Below, in pieces: positions 19,109 through 28,002 of a stretch of DNA of 64,000 nucleotides. The stretch covers positions 640,001 to 704,000 of the forward strand of contig CP009479.1 of the NCBI GenBank assembly GCA_000965745.1, read 5' to 3'. Numbering within the stretch: the stretch's first letter is position 1; each line of letters opens with the position of its first letter. The position numbers and the translations under genes are program-made. Source of the stretch: an uncultured archaeon (lineage in GTDB: Archaea; Thermoplasmatota; Thermoplasmata; Thermoplasmatales; Thermoplasmataceae). Below the pieces are notes generated by a model. It made no database searches and had not been told where the DNA came from. It was given only the letters and a program-made list of their open reading frames with translations.

Positions 19109-19621
19109 TCCCAAAATCTCGGCAGCAAACTTCCGGACAAGACGTTCAATTCCCTGAAATTTTCAAACGAAACAAGAACTAACAGCGCGATTTTCCTGTT
19201 GACTAAAGACGGTGAATCATTCCCCCACGTAGCGCTACTGTCTCCATACCAGGTGGTGGCAGTAAACAGGGTGAAGCTACTCGTGGCAGTCCATTCCGCT
19301 TCCAGAAGCTGCGCGTTTCTGGCATCAGACGGAAAGGGGACTCTCATACTCCAGCTTGAACCCGCAGTGCAGTATGTCAAGTGCAGATTTTCGGAATCGG
19401 ATGACAAGGGATACTCATCAGGGGAATACGGTGAAAAACTGTTCAATGCAACCCCACTGGAAATCCTGGAGGATTACTCTGACAAAGCGCCATTTGTTTC
19501 AGAACTCAGATTTGATGAAACAAACACCTACGGCCCATACTCCGAAGGTTTCGGCAGGCTCAAGAAGATAGCGGAAGAAGACACCGGAAGGGAATGGCCT
19601 AGTCCTCTCCCCACTCCTTAA
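19106..19621 (+). CDS. Pyridoxamine 5'-phosphate oxidase-like FMN-binding split-barrel protein
   Basis: FLLTKDGESFPHVALLS...SRSCAFLASDGKGTL pattern. True start ATG 19106 follows a GGTG RBS; the ORF-track N-terminus is mobile-element DNA. Confidence 0.6.
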   Translation: MSQNLGSKLPDKTFNSLKFSNETRTNSAIFLLTKDGESFPHVALLSPYQVVAVNRVKLLVAVHSASRSCAFLASDGKGTLILQLEPAVQYVKCRFSESDDKGYSSGEYGEKLFNATPLEILEDYSDKAPFVSELRFDETNTYGPYSEGFGRLKKIAEEDTGREWPSPLPTP

Positions 19622-20165
19622 GTAGATCCGTCTTGACGCCAATCATGTTCAGGACCCTTCCCACAGTAAGGTCCACCATATTCTCTATGTCACTTATCTT
19701 GAAGTAAAGTGGAGGCAGCGGTGGCATTATTGTTCCCCCGGCCTCAGTAATCTGTACCATATTCCTGAGATGTATCAGGTTAAGGGGAGTCTCCCTCGCA
19801 AGAAGGATCAGGGGCCTCCTCTCCTTCAGTGTTACCATGGCAGCTCTTGCAACAAGGTTCTGCTCAAAGCCGGTCGCAATGGCAGAAAGCGTTTTCATGG
19901 AACACGGGGCAACGATCATGCCCTCGGTCTGGAATGACCCGCTAGCTATGGACGCTGTGAACTCATATTCGCCGTATACGTGATCCGCAAGCTCCTTGAG
20001 TTTGTCGGCTTCAAGGCCCGTTTCTATTTTTAGAGTCTTCTCAGCCCCATTGCTGACCACAAGGTGGGTTTCGGCATCAGTCTTGTTTCTGCAGGCCAGT
20101 AGCAGCCTGTATCCATAAATCGCACCCGTCGAGCCGGTAACGGCCACAACTATCTTCTTTGTCAT
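19599..20165 (-). CDS. ubiX: Flavin prenyltransferase UbiX
   Basis: VTGSTGAIYG, ASIASGSF, APCSMKTLS, LKERRPL, RETPL. Confidence 0.95.
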   Translation of the reverse strand: MTKKIVVAVTGSTGAIYGYRLLLACRNKTDAETHLVVSNGAEKTLKIETGLEADKLKELADHVYGEYEFTASIASGSFQTEGMIVAPCSMKTLSAIATGFEQNLVARAAMVTLKERRPLILLARETPLNLIHLRNMVQITEAGGTIMPPLPPLYFKISDIENMVDLTVGRVLNMIGVKTDLLKEWGED

Positions 20166-20254
20166 TAGCGCACCTTTTGCTTGTACGGGTCTGAATCAAC
20201 CCGATAATAGATAAACTCTCCCTATTTCAGGCGTATAAAAATAAAAAAATGAGG

Positions 20255-21073
20255 TTATTTTGTTGTTATCGCTATCGGCCTGAATGGAGAGCCCGTAGCA
20301 CCCTTGAACTTCAGTGGAAGCCCGATGAACAGGAACTCGTAGACCTTGTCCCTGGAGAGCTCTTCCAGGAATATATTCTCTATTATGTATATTCCTTTCT
20401 TTGCAAGAAGTATCAAGTGGCCTGGAAGTTTTGACTTTGTCTCCGGGTCAGGGTCGTGGGGGACATCCCATGCAAGATTGTCTGAACCAACGGCAAATAC
20501 CTTGTCCTGCAGATATTCACTCACTTCCTTTGAAACTCCAGCCGCATTCATGTATTTGCCCTGCTCATTCCAGTACTTTCCGTATCCGGTTCTCACCAGG
20601 ACAACATCATCCTTTCCGAAGGTCACTCCTTCCTTCTCCACCGCTTTCTTGAACTCTTCAAGGGTTATCTCATGGTTCTCATCCAGCGGATCCCTGACAA
20701 ATGCAGCCACATCAATGAGAACGCCTTTCCTGACCATTGCCGGGAGCTCTTCGGCACCGAGTTTCGTGTACCCCCACGGAGTCTCGACTTCGGGCGTGAC
20801 TTTTGTACCGTCATAGAACGTCATGTCCGAGGCCTGATGGCATAGTGCATCTATGTGGGTCCCGGACTGGTCCGTCATGATGATGAGCCCCGAGGAGCTG
20901 GTCCTTGGGCCTGTCTTGTCAGGAGTGTAGTAGTTCTCGTGATGTCTGTACAGGAAATAATTCAACCCGGGTTTGACAGGATCAAACGCAGGCATTCCGG
21001 GGTATCTAACGTGCTCAAGGTCATACACCTTGTTTCCGTTTCCTGCTATCTTCAATAAATCAGCTATCGTCAT
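20255..21073 (-). CDS. Cyclase-family amidohydrolase (kynurenine formamidase / isatin hydrolase-like)
   Basis: QSGTHIDALCH, RTGY, GHLILL..GIYIIEN, GATGSPFRPIA. Start reset to ATG 21073 after a GGAG RBS. Confidence 0.88.
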   Translation of the reverse strand: MTIADLLKIAGNGNKVYDLEHVRYPGMPAFDPVKPGLNYFLYRHHENYYTPDKTGPRTSSSGLIIMTDQSGTHIDALCHQASDMTFYDGTKVTPEVETPWGYTKLGAEELPAMVRKGVLIDVAAFVRDPLDENHEITLEEFKKAVEKEGVTFGKDDVVLVRTGYGKYWNEQGKYMNAAGVSKEVSEYLQDKVFAVGSDNLAWDVPHDPDPETKSKLPGHLILLAKKGIYIIENIFLEELSRDKVYEFLFIGLPLKFKGATGSPFRPIAITTK

Positions 21074-21086
21074 GAAAAACATCTCC

Positions 21087-21530
21087 TTACTGCTTAACCG
21101 CAGATTTGTTCTCAAGCTTGGATGAAGCCTTAATTTCGATTGCCATGTAGTCTGAATCAGAGGAAGCTGCTGCTGTATGCGCCATTCCTCTGGGAATATA
21201 GAGCATCTCGCCGGCGTTGAGCTGGTATTCGCCATTCTCTGTCTTCCATGTGGCCTGGCCCTTTACGCAGATGATAACCTCATCAAAGTCCATGTTCCTG
21301 TGCCAGAAAGGCATTACCGCCCTCCTCTTTGAAAGCTCTATGCTCACTCCGTCTCCCACAAGAAGCTTCATCGGCGGGCCGTCAGGCTTCTCCATGTTCG
21401 GGGGGTTAAGGCTGCCGTATTTTATAACTTCAGATTTTGCATCTATTTTGAATGCTTCAGGCTCCTTTGCCCTTTCAAACAAAACGTTGACTCCCTTTGA
21501 AGTCAGTTTCTCCTTTACTGTGTCAGACAC
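21087..21530 (-). CDS. Small cupin, homogentisate 1,2-dioxygenase-like metal motif (possible ring-cleavage enzyme)
   Basis: PFWHRNMDFDEVIICVKG and GEMLYIPRGMAH. Confidence 0.7.
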   Translation of the reverse strand: MSDTVKEKLTSKGVNVLFERAKEPEAFKIDAKSEVIKYGSLNPPNMEKPDGPPMKLLVGDGVSIELSKRRAVMPFWHRNMDFDEVIICVKGQATWKTENGEYQLNAGEMLYIPRGMAHTAAASSDSDYMAIEIKASSKLENKSAVKQ

Positions 21531-21672
21531 TGTTATTCACCGAGTCGCAATCATGTTTTATCTAAAATTATTTACGTATGCGATTTTCGTATGAATTCCG
21601 CGAAGATGCAATTCTTTTGGGTTGATAAGGGCAAGAAGGGATGAGGTTAATCACCCAACCTGAACAGGAGAC

Positions 21673-22485
21673 TTACGAAATTTCCGAAAGGGATTCCGTG
21701 ACTGCCTTGGAGAAAGCATCAGGGCTGGAAATACTGGGAATGTGGTCAGCACAATCTATGAAGACAAGTTTAGAAGATTTCAGGCGCCCATGGATTGCAC
21801 GGTCAACCTCAACCATCCCCTTGCGGTCTTCTTTCCCAACAATTATCAACACAGGCATTTCAAGCATTTCTAGCCTCTTGAAGGCAGGAGGTTCCGGTGA
21901 TAACTGAAACCTGTCAACGTCCTCTTCCTCAGAATTCACATTCTCCTCAGCTATGTCCAGTACATGTTTCCTAACATCACCCGAGAGCTTATGGGTCCAG
22001 TAATCCACATCGATGGCGGCTGCATCCCTGTATTTACCTTTATTCCTGAGCTCAATATATCTCTCTTCAAGAGATCCGAGATCACCCCAGAGCTCATTCT
22101 CATCCCCCTCAATTTCAACTCCTCTCACCCCCGAATTCACAAGTACAAGGGCAGATACTCGGCCAGGAAATTCAACTGCGAAGTCAAGCGCGATTCTACC
22201 TCCGTTTGAGACCCCCAATATTGTGGCCCTGTCTATGTTCAGATTGTCCAGAATAGCCTTGAGATCCTTGAAGTCGGAATATTCTTCACTGGCCTTGCTT
22301 GATTTTCCAAATCCGCGAACATCATACCTGATTAACCGGCGGCCTTTTCCAAGAGCCTCCATCTGATTATCCCACATGCGGCTGTCCAGGTAGCCCGCAT
22401 GTACCAGGACCAGTGGCTCGCCTGATCCGAGGTCTTCATAGTATATACTTGCATTTTCAGCATTAATATAGCCAGTGCTCACCAA
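21673..22485 (-). CDS. Alpha/beta hydrolase
   Basis: HAG, YDVRGFGKS, GVSNGG, DH near the C-terminus. Confidence 0.88.
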   Translation of the reverse strand: MVSTGYINAENASIYYEDLGSGEPLVLVHAGYLDSRMWDNQMEALGKGRRLIRYDVRGFGKSSKASEEYSDFKDLKAILDNLNIDRATILGVSNGGRIALDFAVEFPGRVSALVLVNSGVRGVEIEGDENELWGDLGSLEERYIELRNKGKYRDAAAIDVDYWTHKLSGDVRKHVLDIAEENVNSEEEDVDRFQLSPEPPAFKRLEMLEMPVLIIVGKEDRKGMVEVDRAIHGRLKSSKLVFIDCADHIPSISSPDAFSKAVTESLSEIS

Positions 22486-22600
22486 TTCCTATGCAAAAGG
22501 CAGTATATTCTTCATCTGTAGCAGCAGGAATGACACCAAACACCCCTTCTCTGCAACACAAAAGAAAAAAATTTGAACCAAAGCAGATTCTCCAAGGGCA

Positions 22601-23572
22601 ATGAAAAACATCGACATCCATTCACACATGTTGCATTCTTCTTCGATAGAACAACTGGGAGGGGAGATAAACCAGATTGAAAACAGTCCTCTTTACGCCA
22701 TAAATGTGCTGGGAAAGAAAGTGGCTCCTATGCCCAAGGGGTTTTTTGACACTGATGCACGAATCAGCGAAATAGCTGAAATGGGAATAGAAGGGCAGAT
22801 TATATCACCTACCCACCACCTCTTCATGTATGACAAGGACGCATCATCTGCAGCCAAATCAGCGAGAATCCAGAATGAGGGAATCAGCAGGGTCTGTTCA
22901 GAACACAGTGGCAGGTTTGCGGGAAATGCAACACTCCCGATGCAGGACGCGAAGCACGCCCTGGATGAGCTTGAATATGCATATTCCAAGCTCGAAATGA
23001 AAGGCATAGAGATAGGCACAAACATAAACGGCAGGAACCTGGATGATGAGAGCCTCTTCCCGGTTTACGAAAGAGCGCAGGAACTTGGAATGCCAATATT
23101 TGTCCACCCCAACGATTTCATGGCAAAGGAGAGGCTATCAAAATACTACATGGGGATAGTTGTGGGAACACTTGCTGAGACCACTGTGGCAGTGAGCAGC
23201 CTTCTTCTGGGAAACGTATTCGGGAAGTTCCAGAAATTGAAGATGGTATTCTGCCATGGCGGAGGCGCAATACCCTACCAGATCGGAAGGCTCCAGCATG
23301 CAGTGGACATACGTGAGGAGCTCAAGGACGCGAATGTGGACATATCAAAAGGTATCAGGAACATACTCTTTGACTCTGTAGTGTTCACACCAGAGGCACT
23401 TGATTTCCTGATAAAGGAAACTGGAGAAGACAACGTTGTTCTCGGTACGGATTATCCGTTCAACATGGGCAACTGGAATTCAGCAAAGGACCTTCAGAAC
23501 CTTTCAACAATCAGTGAAACAACAAGAAACAAGGTTATGCTTGAAAACACGAAGAAACTGTACGGACTCTGA
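22601..23572 (+). CDS. Amidohydrolase_2 family decarboxylase (ACMSD-like)
   Basis: IDIHSH, IFVHP, CHGGGAIP, GTDYPF. Confidence 0.88.
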   Translation: MKNIDIHSHMLHSSSIEQLGGEINQIENSPLYAINVLGKKVAPMPKGFFDTDARISEIAEMGIEGQIISPTHHLFMYDKDASSAAKSARIQNEGISRVCSEHSGRFAGNATLPMQDAKHALDELEYAYSKLEMKGIEIGTNINGRNLDDESLFPVYERAQELGMPIFVHPNDFMAKERLSKYYMGIVVGTLAETTVAVSSLLLGNVFGKFQKLKMVFCHGGGAIPYQIGRLQHAVDIREELKDANVDISKGIRNILFDSVVFTPEALDFLIKETGEDNVVLGTDYPFNMGNWNSAKDLQNLSTISETTRNKVMLENTKKLYGL

Positions 23573-23591
23573 TCCGTTTTCCATTTTTTAA

Positions 23592-23862
23592 CAAAATTGA
23601 GCGGAAAATCCCCTTCCGAAAGGGAGGGGATGAAAGCGAAATCTTTTCCTATTTTCCAGAAATAACACGTGGCTCACCAGCAGACAGAATGGAAGAAGGG
23701 TCGGATAACGTGTAGCTCCATGCGTTCCTGTGTCCGTAAAGTCGAATGGATTAGTGTGGAGGGCAAAGTACCCCCGGGCCGGAGGGAATTCATGCCTGCG
23801 GAGGTTGCGCTGGTAACCGTGGAAGCAGGAAGCCCCTTTCGAAGGATAGGGGAGGAGGTCAC
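23592..23862 (+). mobile_element. 271-bp non-autonomous IS200/IS605-family element, copy 2
   Basis: Same TTTAA|CAAAATTGAGCG left junction, same hairpins and TCAC end as copy 1; constant offset of 4770 bp; 3' flank differs immediately after TCAC. Confidence 0.85.
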
Positions 23863-23922
23863 AAAAAGAATGGCCTGGTCAATTAAATAAATATAAAAAT
23901 ATAATAAACGTGGTACTAAACT

Positions 23923-24402
23923 TCACTTCTTCTGGGCAAAGTACTTTCTCTGAGCGTCCTGTACTGCGTCAACGATCTGCTGATACCCGGTGCACATACA
24001 GTAATTCCCATGCAGCTTTTCCCTGATCTCCTCTCTTGTCATCTCCTCGTTGTTCCTGATGAGATAGTTTGTCATCATAAGGAAACCCGATGTGCAGTAC
24101 CCGCACTGAAGGGCGAACTTCTCCCTGAAGGACTCCTGCTCAATGCTCAGCTCTCCGTTCGGCCCTTCAAGCCCTTCTACCGTCTTTAGGTTTGCACCCT
24201 GAGCCTGGACAGCCAGTATCTGGCAGGACTTCACGGGTTTCCCATCCCACTGGATAGTGCATGCTCCGCAGTGGCCAGTGTCACAACCTATGTGCGTCCC
24301 CTTGAGTTTCAATACATCCCGTATGAAATGCACGAGCAGCATCCTCGGCTCAGTCTCACCCGAATATTCCTTTCCATTTATTGTAAGATTCACAGTAACC
24401 AT
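23923..24402 (-). CDS. Molybdenum hydroxylase small [2Fe-2S] subunit (CoxS/CutS-like)
   Basis: GCDTGHCGACT, QCGYCTSG, NYCMCTGY. Confidence 0.93.
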   Translation of the reverse strand: MVTVNLTINGKEYSGETEPRMLLVHFIRDVLKLKGTHIGCDTGHCGACTIQWDGKPVKSCQILAVQAQGANLKTVEGLEGPNGELSIEQESFREKFALQCGYCTSGFLMMTNYLIRNNEEMTREEIREKLHGNYCMCTGYQQIVDAVQDAQRKYFAQKK

Positions 24403-24414
24403 TGTTATTCCTCC

Positions 24415-25266
24415 TTACTCAATTAACTCCTTTATCACTCTTGCTAGCATCATTTTCAGCGAGTATTTCCTGTACTCCTCTCCTCCATGGATATCCGAAA
24501 TCGGGGTGAGAGCGTCAACAGTCTCTGATATGGAAGTTTGGAGGTCCACTGAATCTTTCTTCTTCCCCTTAAGGGCAGACTCAAGGCTCTTTAACCTCTC
24601 AGGCCCATCCGTAAGTGCTCCAGCTGCAATTCTAAGTTCTTCTATGCTTCCGTCCGAAGCAGTTCTGGCAATAGCTGCCACCGAAACTACTGCAAAGTCA
24701 GCCTTTCTCCGCGCATACTTCTCCACATGGTATTGATCTGTGCTCTTCGGGACTATTATCTCCACAGCTATCTCATCTTCCCTTGCATCAGTCTCGTAGG
24801 GCCCTTTGATGAAATCTTCTATCCTCACGGTTCTCCTTCCTTCTTTGGAAAGAAGGACAATGCTTGCTTCAAGAACGAACATAGTGGGTGGATAGTCTGC
24901 AGAGGGGTCTGCTTCACATATGCTTCCACCAATTGTCCCCCTGTTTCTTATCTGTATATCTCCTATGTTTTCAGCCGTGGAAGCAAGAATTGGCGCATTT
25001 TCCCTGATAAGCCCGTTCTCTATTACTTCAAAATGGGTCACCATTGCGCCGATTCTGAGATTCCCGCCTTCATCAAGCTTCACCTGCTTCAGTTCTGGAA
25101 TAGCTCCAAGATCTATCAGGCAGGCAGGCTCATAAAAACGGAGCTTGAGCATAGGCATCAGGCTCTGCCCTCCAGCTATGACTTTTGGCTCTTCAACGGT
25201 CTTCATCAATTCTAGGGCCTCGTCGAGAGTTTTTGGCCTGTAGTACTCGAATTCAGTGGGATACAT
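24415..25266 (-). CDS. Molybdenum hydroxylase FAD subunit (CoxM/CutM-like)
   Basis: AGGQSLMPML, IRNRGTIGGS, ADPSAD. Confidence 0.93.
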   Translation of the reverse strand: MYPTEFEYYRPKTLDEALELMKTVEEPKVIAGGQSLMPMLKLRFYEPACLIDLGAIPELKQVKLDEGGNLRIGAMVTHFEVIENGLIRENAPILASTAENIGDIQIRNRGTIGGSICEADPSADYPPTMFVLEASIVLLSKEGRRTVRIEDFIKGPYETDAREDEIAVEIIVPKSTDQYHVEKYARRKADFAVVSVAAIARTASDGSIEELRIAAGALTDGPERLKSLESALKGKKKDSVDLQTSISETVDALTPISDIHGGEEYRKYSLKMMLARVIKELIE

Positions 25267-27743
25267 CAGTTTGCCCCTCCTGTGAGTTTCTTGTATTCAT
25301 CAGTATCCTTGACCATCTCCCAAAGCTTTTCAGGCTTTATTGGAAGCTCGCTTATCTTAACGCCAAATGGCTTAAGTGCATCTTCAACTGCTCCTGCTAT
25401 GGCCCCCAGGGATGTTATTGCCCCTCCCTCGCCTACGGCTTTAGTTCCGAATACGGTGTTTGGTGCCGGGGACTCCATTTCATCAAGCTTTATCTCAGGA
25501 GACTCCATTGCAGTTGGCTTCATGTATTCTGCGAATGTAAGCGACAGGTTATTGCCCTGTTCGTCGAAGAGAAACTCTTCATAGAGTGCACCACCTATTC
25601 CGCTTACGGTTGAACCTATGGCCATGCCGTCCACGATTCCGGGGTTTATGACTTTGCCTGCGTCATGAACTATGGAGTAATCGAGAATCTTCACGTTCCA
25701 GTTCTCGGGTGAAACTTCTACAAGGCATATGTGGGTCGAATTTGAGTGTGTCAGCTGAACGTTAAAATCATCTCTGTGGAATGGCTTGGCAGTCTTGTTC
25801 ACGTAAGATGCCGTTATCTTAAGTCCAGGGTCCTGATCCTTGGGGAATGAGAGCAATCTGCCGTAGGAGATCTTTGCGAGTTCCTTGACACCAACCAGCT
25901 TCTCTGAATCCGATTTCCTGAAAACATGTCCTTCTGCTATATCCAGGTCTTCCACATTCTCCTTCTTTAGCGATGCTGCAATCGCAAGGATCTTCTCCTT
26001 CAGCAGTGTGGCCGCCTTCATCACTGCTCCAAGGTAAACATCATTGAACGCGTTTGAGTAGGTCCCTGCGTATGTCAGATGCCCATGCACGGAGTCATAC
26101 CAGCCATCTACAATGATGTCCTCAGGCTCAAGGCCAAACACATCTGATACTACCTGCGCAATGGTGGTTACATGTCCTGTTCCAATCTCAGGGCCGTTCA
26201 TGTTAACCTTCACGGTTCCGTCGGCTACCATTTCAACTGTTGCCATCTGGCCAGCACCGTTGTAGTCAGGGTCTCCCTCCTTTGAAAGGAAGTAATATCC
26301 AAGGTTGGAAGTACCGGGTTCTATGCCGCAGGCGATTCCAATTCCCACGTATCTGCCTTCTTTCCTGAGCTTTTCCTGCAGCTTCAGCTTTTCATGGTAT
26401 TCTGAAAAGTTGAGCGCTCTTCTGAAATTCTCGGGATAGTTTCCGCTCTCGTATACTTCACCTGAAAATGTGGTATATGGCATTTTCTCGGCAGGAACAA
26501 AATTCTTCTCCCTGATAATTGTCCTGTCGATGCCAAGGGCGTCCGCACTCTTGTCCATCATTCTTTCAAGGGCGAAGGACATGAATGGCTTCCCGACTCC
26601 TCTGTCCTGAACTATAGGTGGATCATTGGTGGCGACAGAATGGTACGAGTAGTCGAGGTTTCTTATTTCGTAAACGCCACACATGTTTGCAAACTTGATC
26701 AGCGAATAAAGAGCAGCAACATATGGCCAGTTTCCATCTGCCTGCCAGTCTGTAAGGCGTGCTCCGAGTATCTTTCCGTCTTTTCTGAGGGCAAATTCAG
26801 CATCCATAAACCCTCTCGGCCTGTGGAATGCGTACAGGCTTTCTGTCCTGGTCTGAACCCACTTTACGGGTTTGCCCGTCAGCTTGCTAAGGAGCGAGAC
26901 CAGTGCAACGTACTGCCAGATAGCGAGCTTGTTGCCAAATCCTCCTCCCACCTGCGGCACTATCAGCCTGATCTTCGACTGCGGAATCTTGATCGTGCTT
27001 TCTATGGACCCTACCGTTCTTCCAGGCTGCTGATCGCTCGCATAGGCGAGAAGCTCGTCTCTAGTCTGGTCATAAAACGCGCTGGTCACAAAGGTCTCAA
27101 GCGGTGTTGATGCGTACCTGTGGATCCGTATCCTGTCCTTAACTATCTTATCTGCCTCCTTGAAAGCCTTTTCCGTATCCCCGAACTTGAAGTGATCTTC
27201 TATGAGCTGGTTGGTCCCTATCTCAGGATAGATGAGCTCAGATTCTTTTTTCATGGCATCTTCTATTGTAGCTACCACAGGAAGCGGGTCATATTCAACA
27301 TCAATGAGGTCGATCGCGTCCGCTGCAATGTACTTCGTCTTGGCTACAACGGCAACAACAGGCTCTCCCATGTACCTTACTTTGTCCACTGCGAGTATGT
27401 AGTGTGATGTTGGTGATTTCGTTGCAGCTCTTGACTTCATAGGGTTTGTGATCTTTTTCACTTCTTCCCCTGTCAGAACATATATCACGCCGGGTAGCTC
27501 AAGAGCCTTGGAAATGTCGATGTTTTTTATCTTTGCATGCGCAAACGGGCTGAAATGGAAAGCAGCGTAATGCTGGTCGGCGAACTCAATATCGTCAGCA
27601 TACCCTCCTTTTCCTCTAATAATTTTCAGGTCCTCAATGCGCGGAACAGCTTTTCCTACACTGCCTGACTTTTTGCCATCTTCTGAATAAACGAGAGTCT
27701 GGGCAGACGAATTTGAACCTTGCATATTGGCTGAAGGTAACAC
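25266..27743 (-). CDS. Molybdenum hydroxylase large molybdopterin subunit (xanthine oxidase family; not aerobic CODH)
   Basis: VGGGFGNK, GTGH, GTKAVGEGG (catalytic Glu); active-site loop QDRGVG rather than AYxCSFR. Confidence 0.9.
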   Translation of the reverse strand: MLPSANMQGSNSSAQTLVYSEDGKKSGSVGKAVPRIEDLKIIRGKGGYADDIEFADQHYAAFHFSPFAHAKIKNIDISKALELPGVIYVLTGEEVKKITNPMKSRAATKSPTSHYILAVDKVRYMGEPVVAVVAKTKYIAADAIDLIDVEYDPLPVVATIEDAMKKESELIYPEIGTNQLIEDHFKFGDTEKAFKEADKIVKDRIRIHRYASTPLETFVTSAFYDQTRDELLAYASDQQPGRTVGSIESTIKIPQSKIRLIVPQVGGGFGNKLAIWQYVALVSLLSKLTGKPVKWVQTRTESLYAFHRPRGFMDAEFALRKDGKILGARLTDWQADGNWPYVAALYSLIKFANMCGVYEIRNLDYSYHSVATNDPPIVQDRGVGKPFMSFALERMMDKSADALGIDRTIIREKNFVPAEKMPYTTFSGEVYESGNYPENFRRALNFSEYHEKLKLQEKLRKEGRYVGIGIACGIEPGTSNLGYYFLSKEGDPDYNGAGQMATVEMVADGTVKVNMNGPEIGTGHVTTIAQVVSDVFGLEPEDIIVDGWYDSVHGHLTYAGTYSNAFNDVYLGAVMKAATLLKEKILAIAASLKKENVEDLDIAEGHVFRKSDSEKLVGVKELAKISYGRLLSFPKDQDPGLKITASYVNKTAKPFHRDDFNVQLTHSNSTHICLVEVSPENWNVKILDYSIVHDAGKVINPGIVDGMAIGSTVSGIGGALYEEFLFDEQGNNLSLTFAEYMKPTAMESPEIKLDEMESPAPNTVFGTKAVGEGGAITSLGAIAGAVEDALKPFGVKISELPIKPEKLWEMVKDTDEYKKLTGGAN

Positions 27744-28002
27744 CCCTAATCTTTAAAATCTTTCGATGTAAGCGATTACGGAATCAGTATTAAAACGCGT
27801 CTGTGTCACAATTTCATAGATGCTATAACTGACCCTATCGTGCTACGAACTGACATTCGGGGCAGGATGTATATCGATTACAGAATTCGAATTTTACATA
27901 AGAATGGGTGAATACATAAGGCATTGTTTAAATAATTGTTTGTGAGAATGAATATTTTCTAGAACAAATGAATAAATACTGTCAATCTTTGACTCATGCT
28001 AG

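Noticed and set aside
21074-21235. N-terminal extension of the cyclase ORF (326-aa version)
   Set aside because: Overlaps the cupin gene on the same strand; a GGAG RBS precedes ATG 21073.
18822-23862. Composite transposon bounded by the two 271-bp repeats
   Set aside because: Each copy has its own TTTAA target and the copies differ at 12 positions, so independent insertions are simpler. Co-mobilisation is not excluded.
25266-27743. Aerobic carbon monoxide dehydrogenase (coxL)
   Set aside because: Lacks the form I AYxCSFR loop and the form II AYRGAGR loop; no cox accessory genes nearby.
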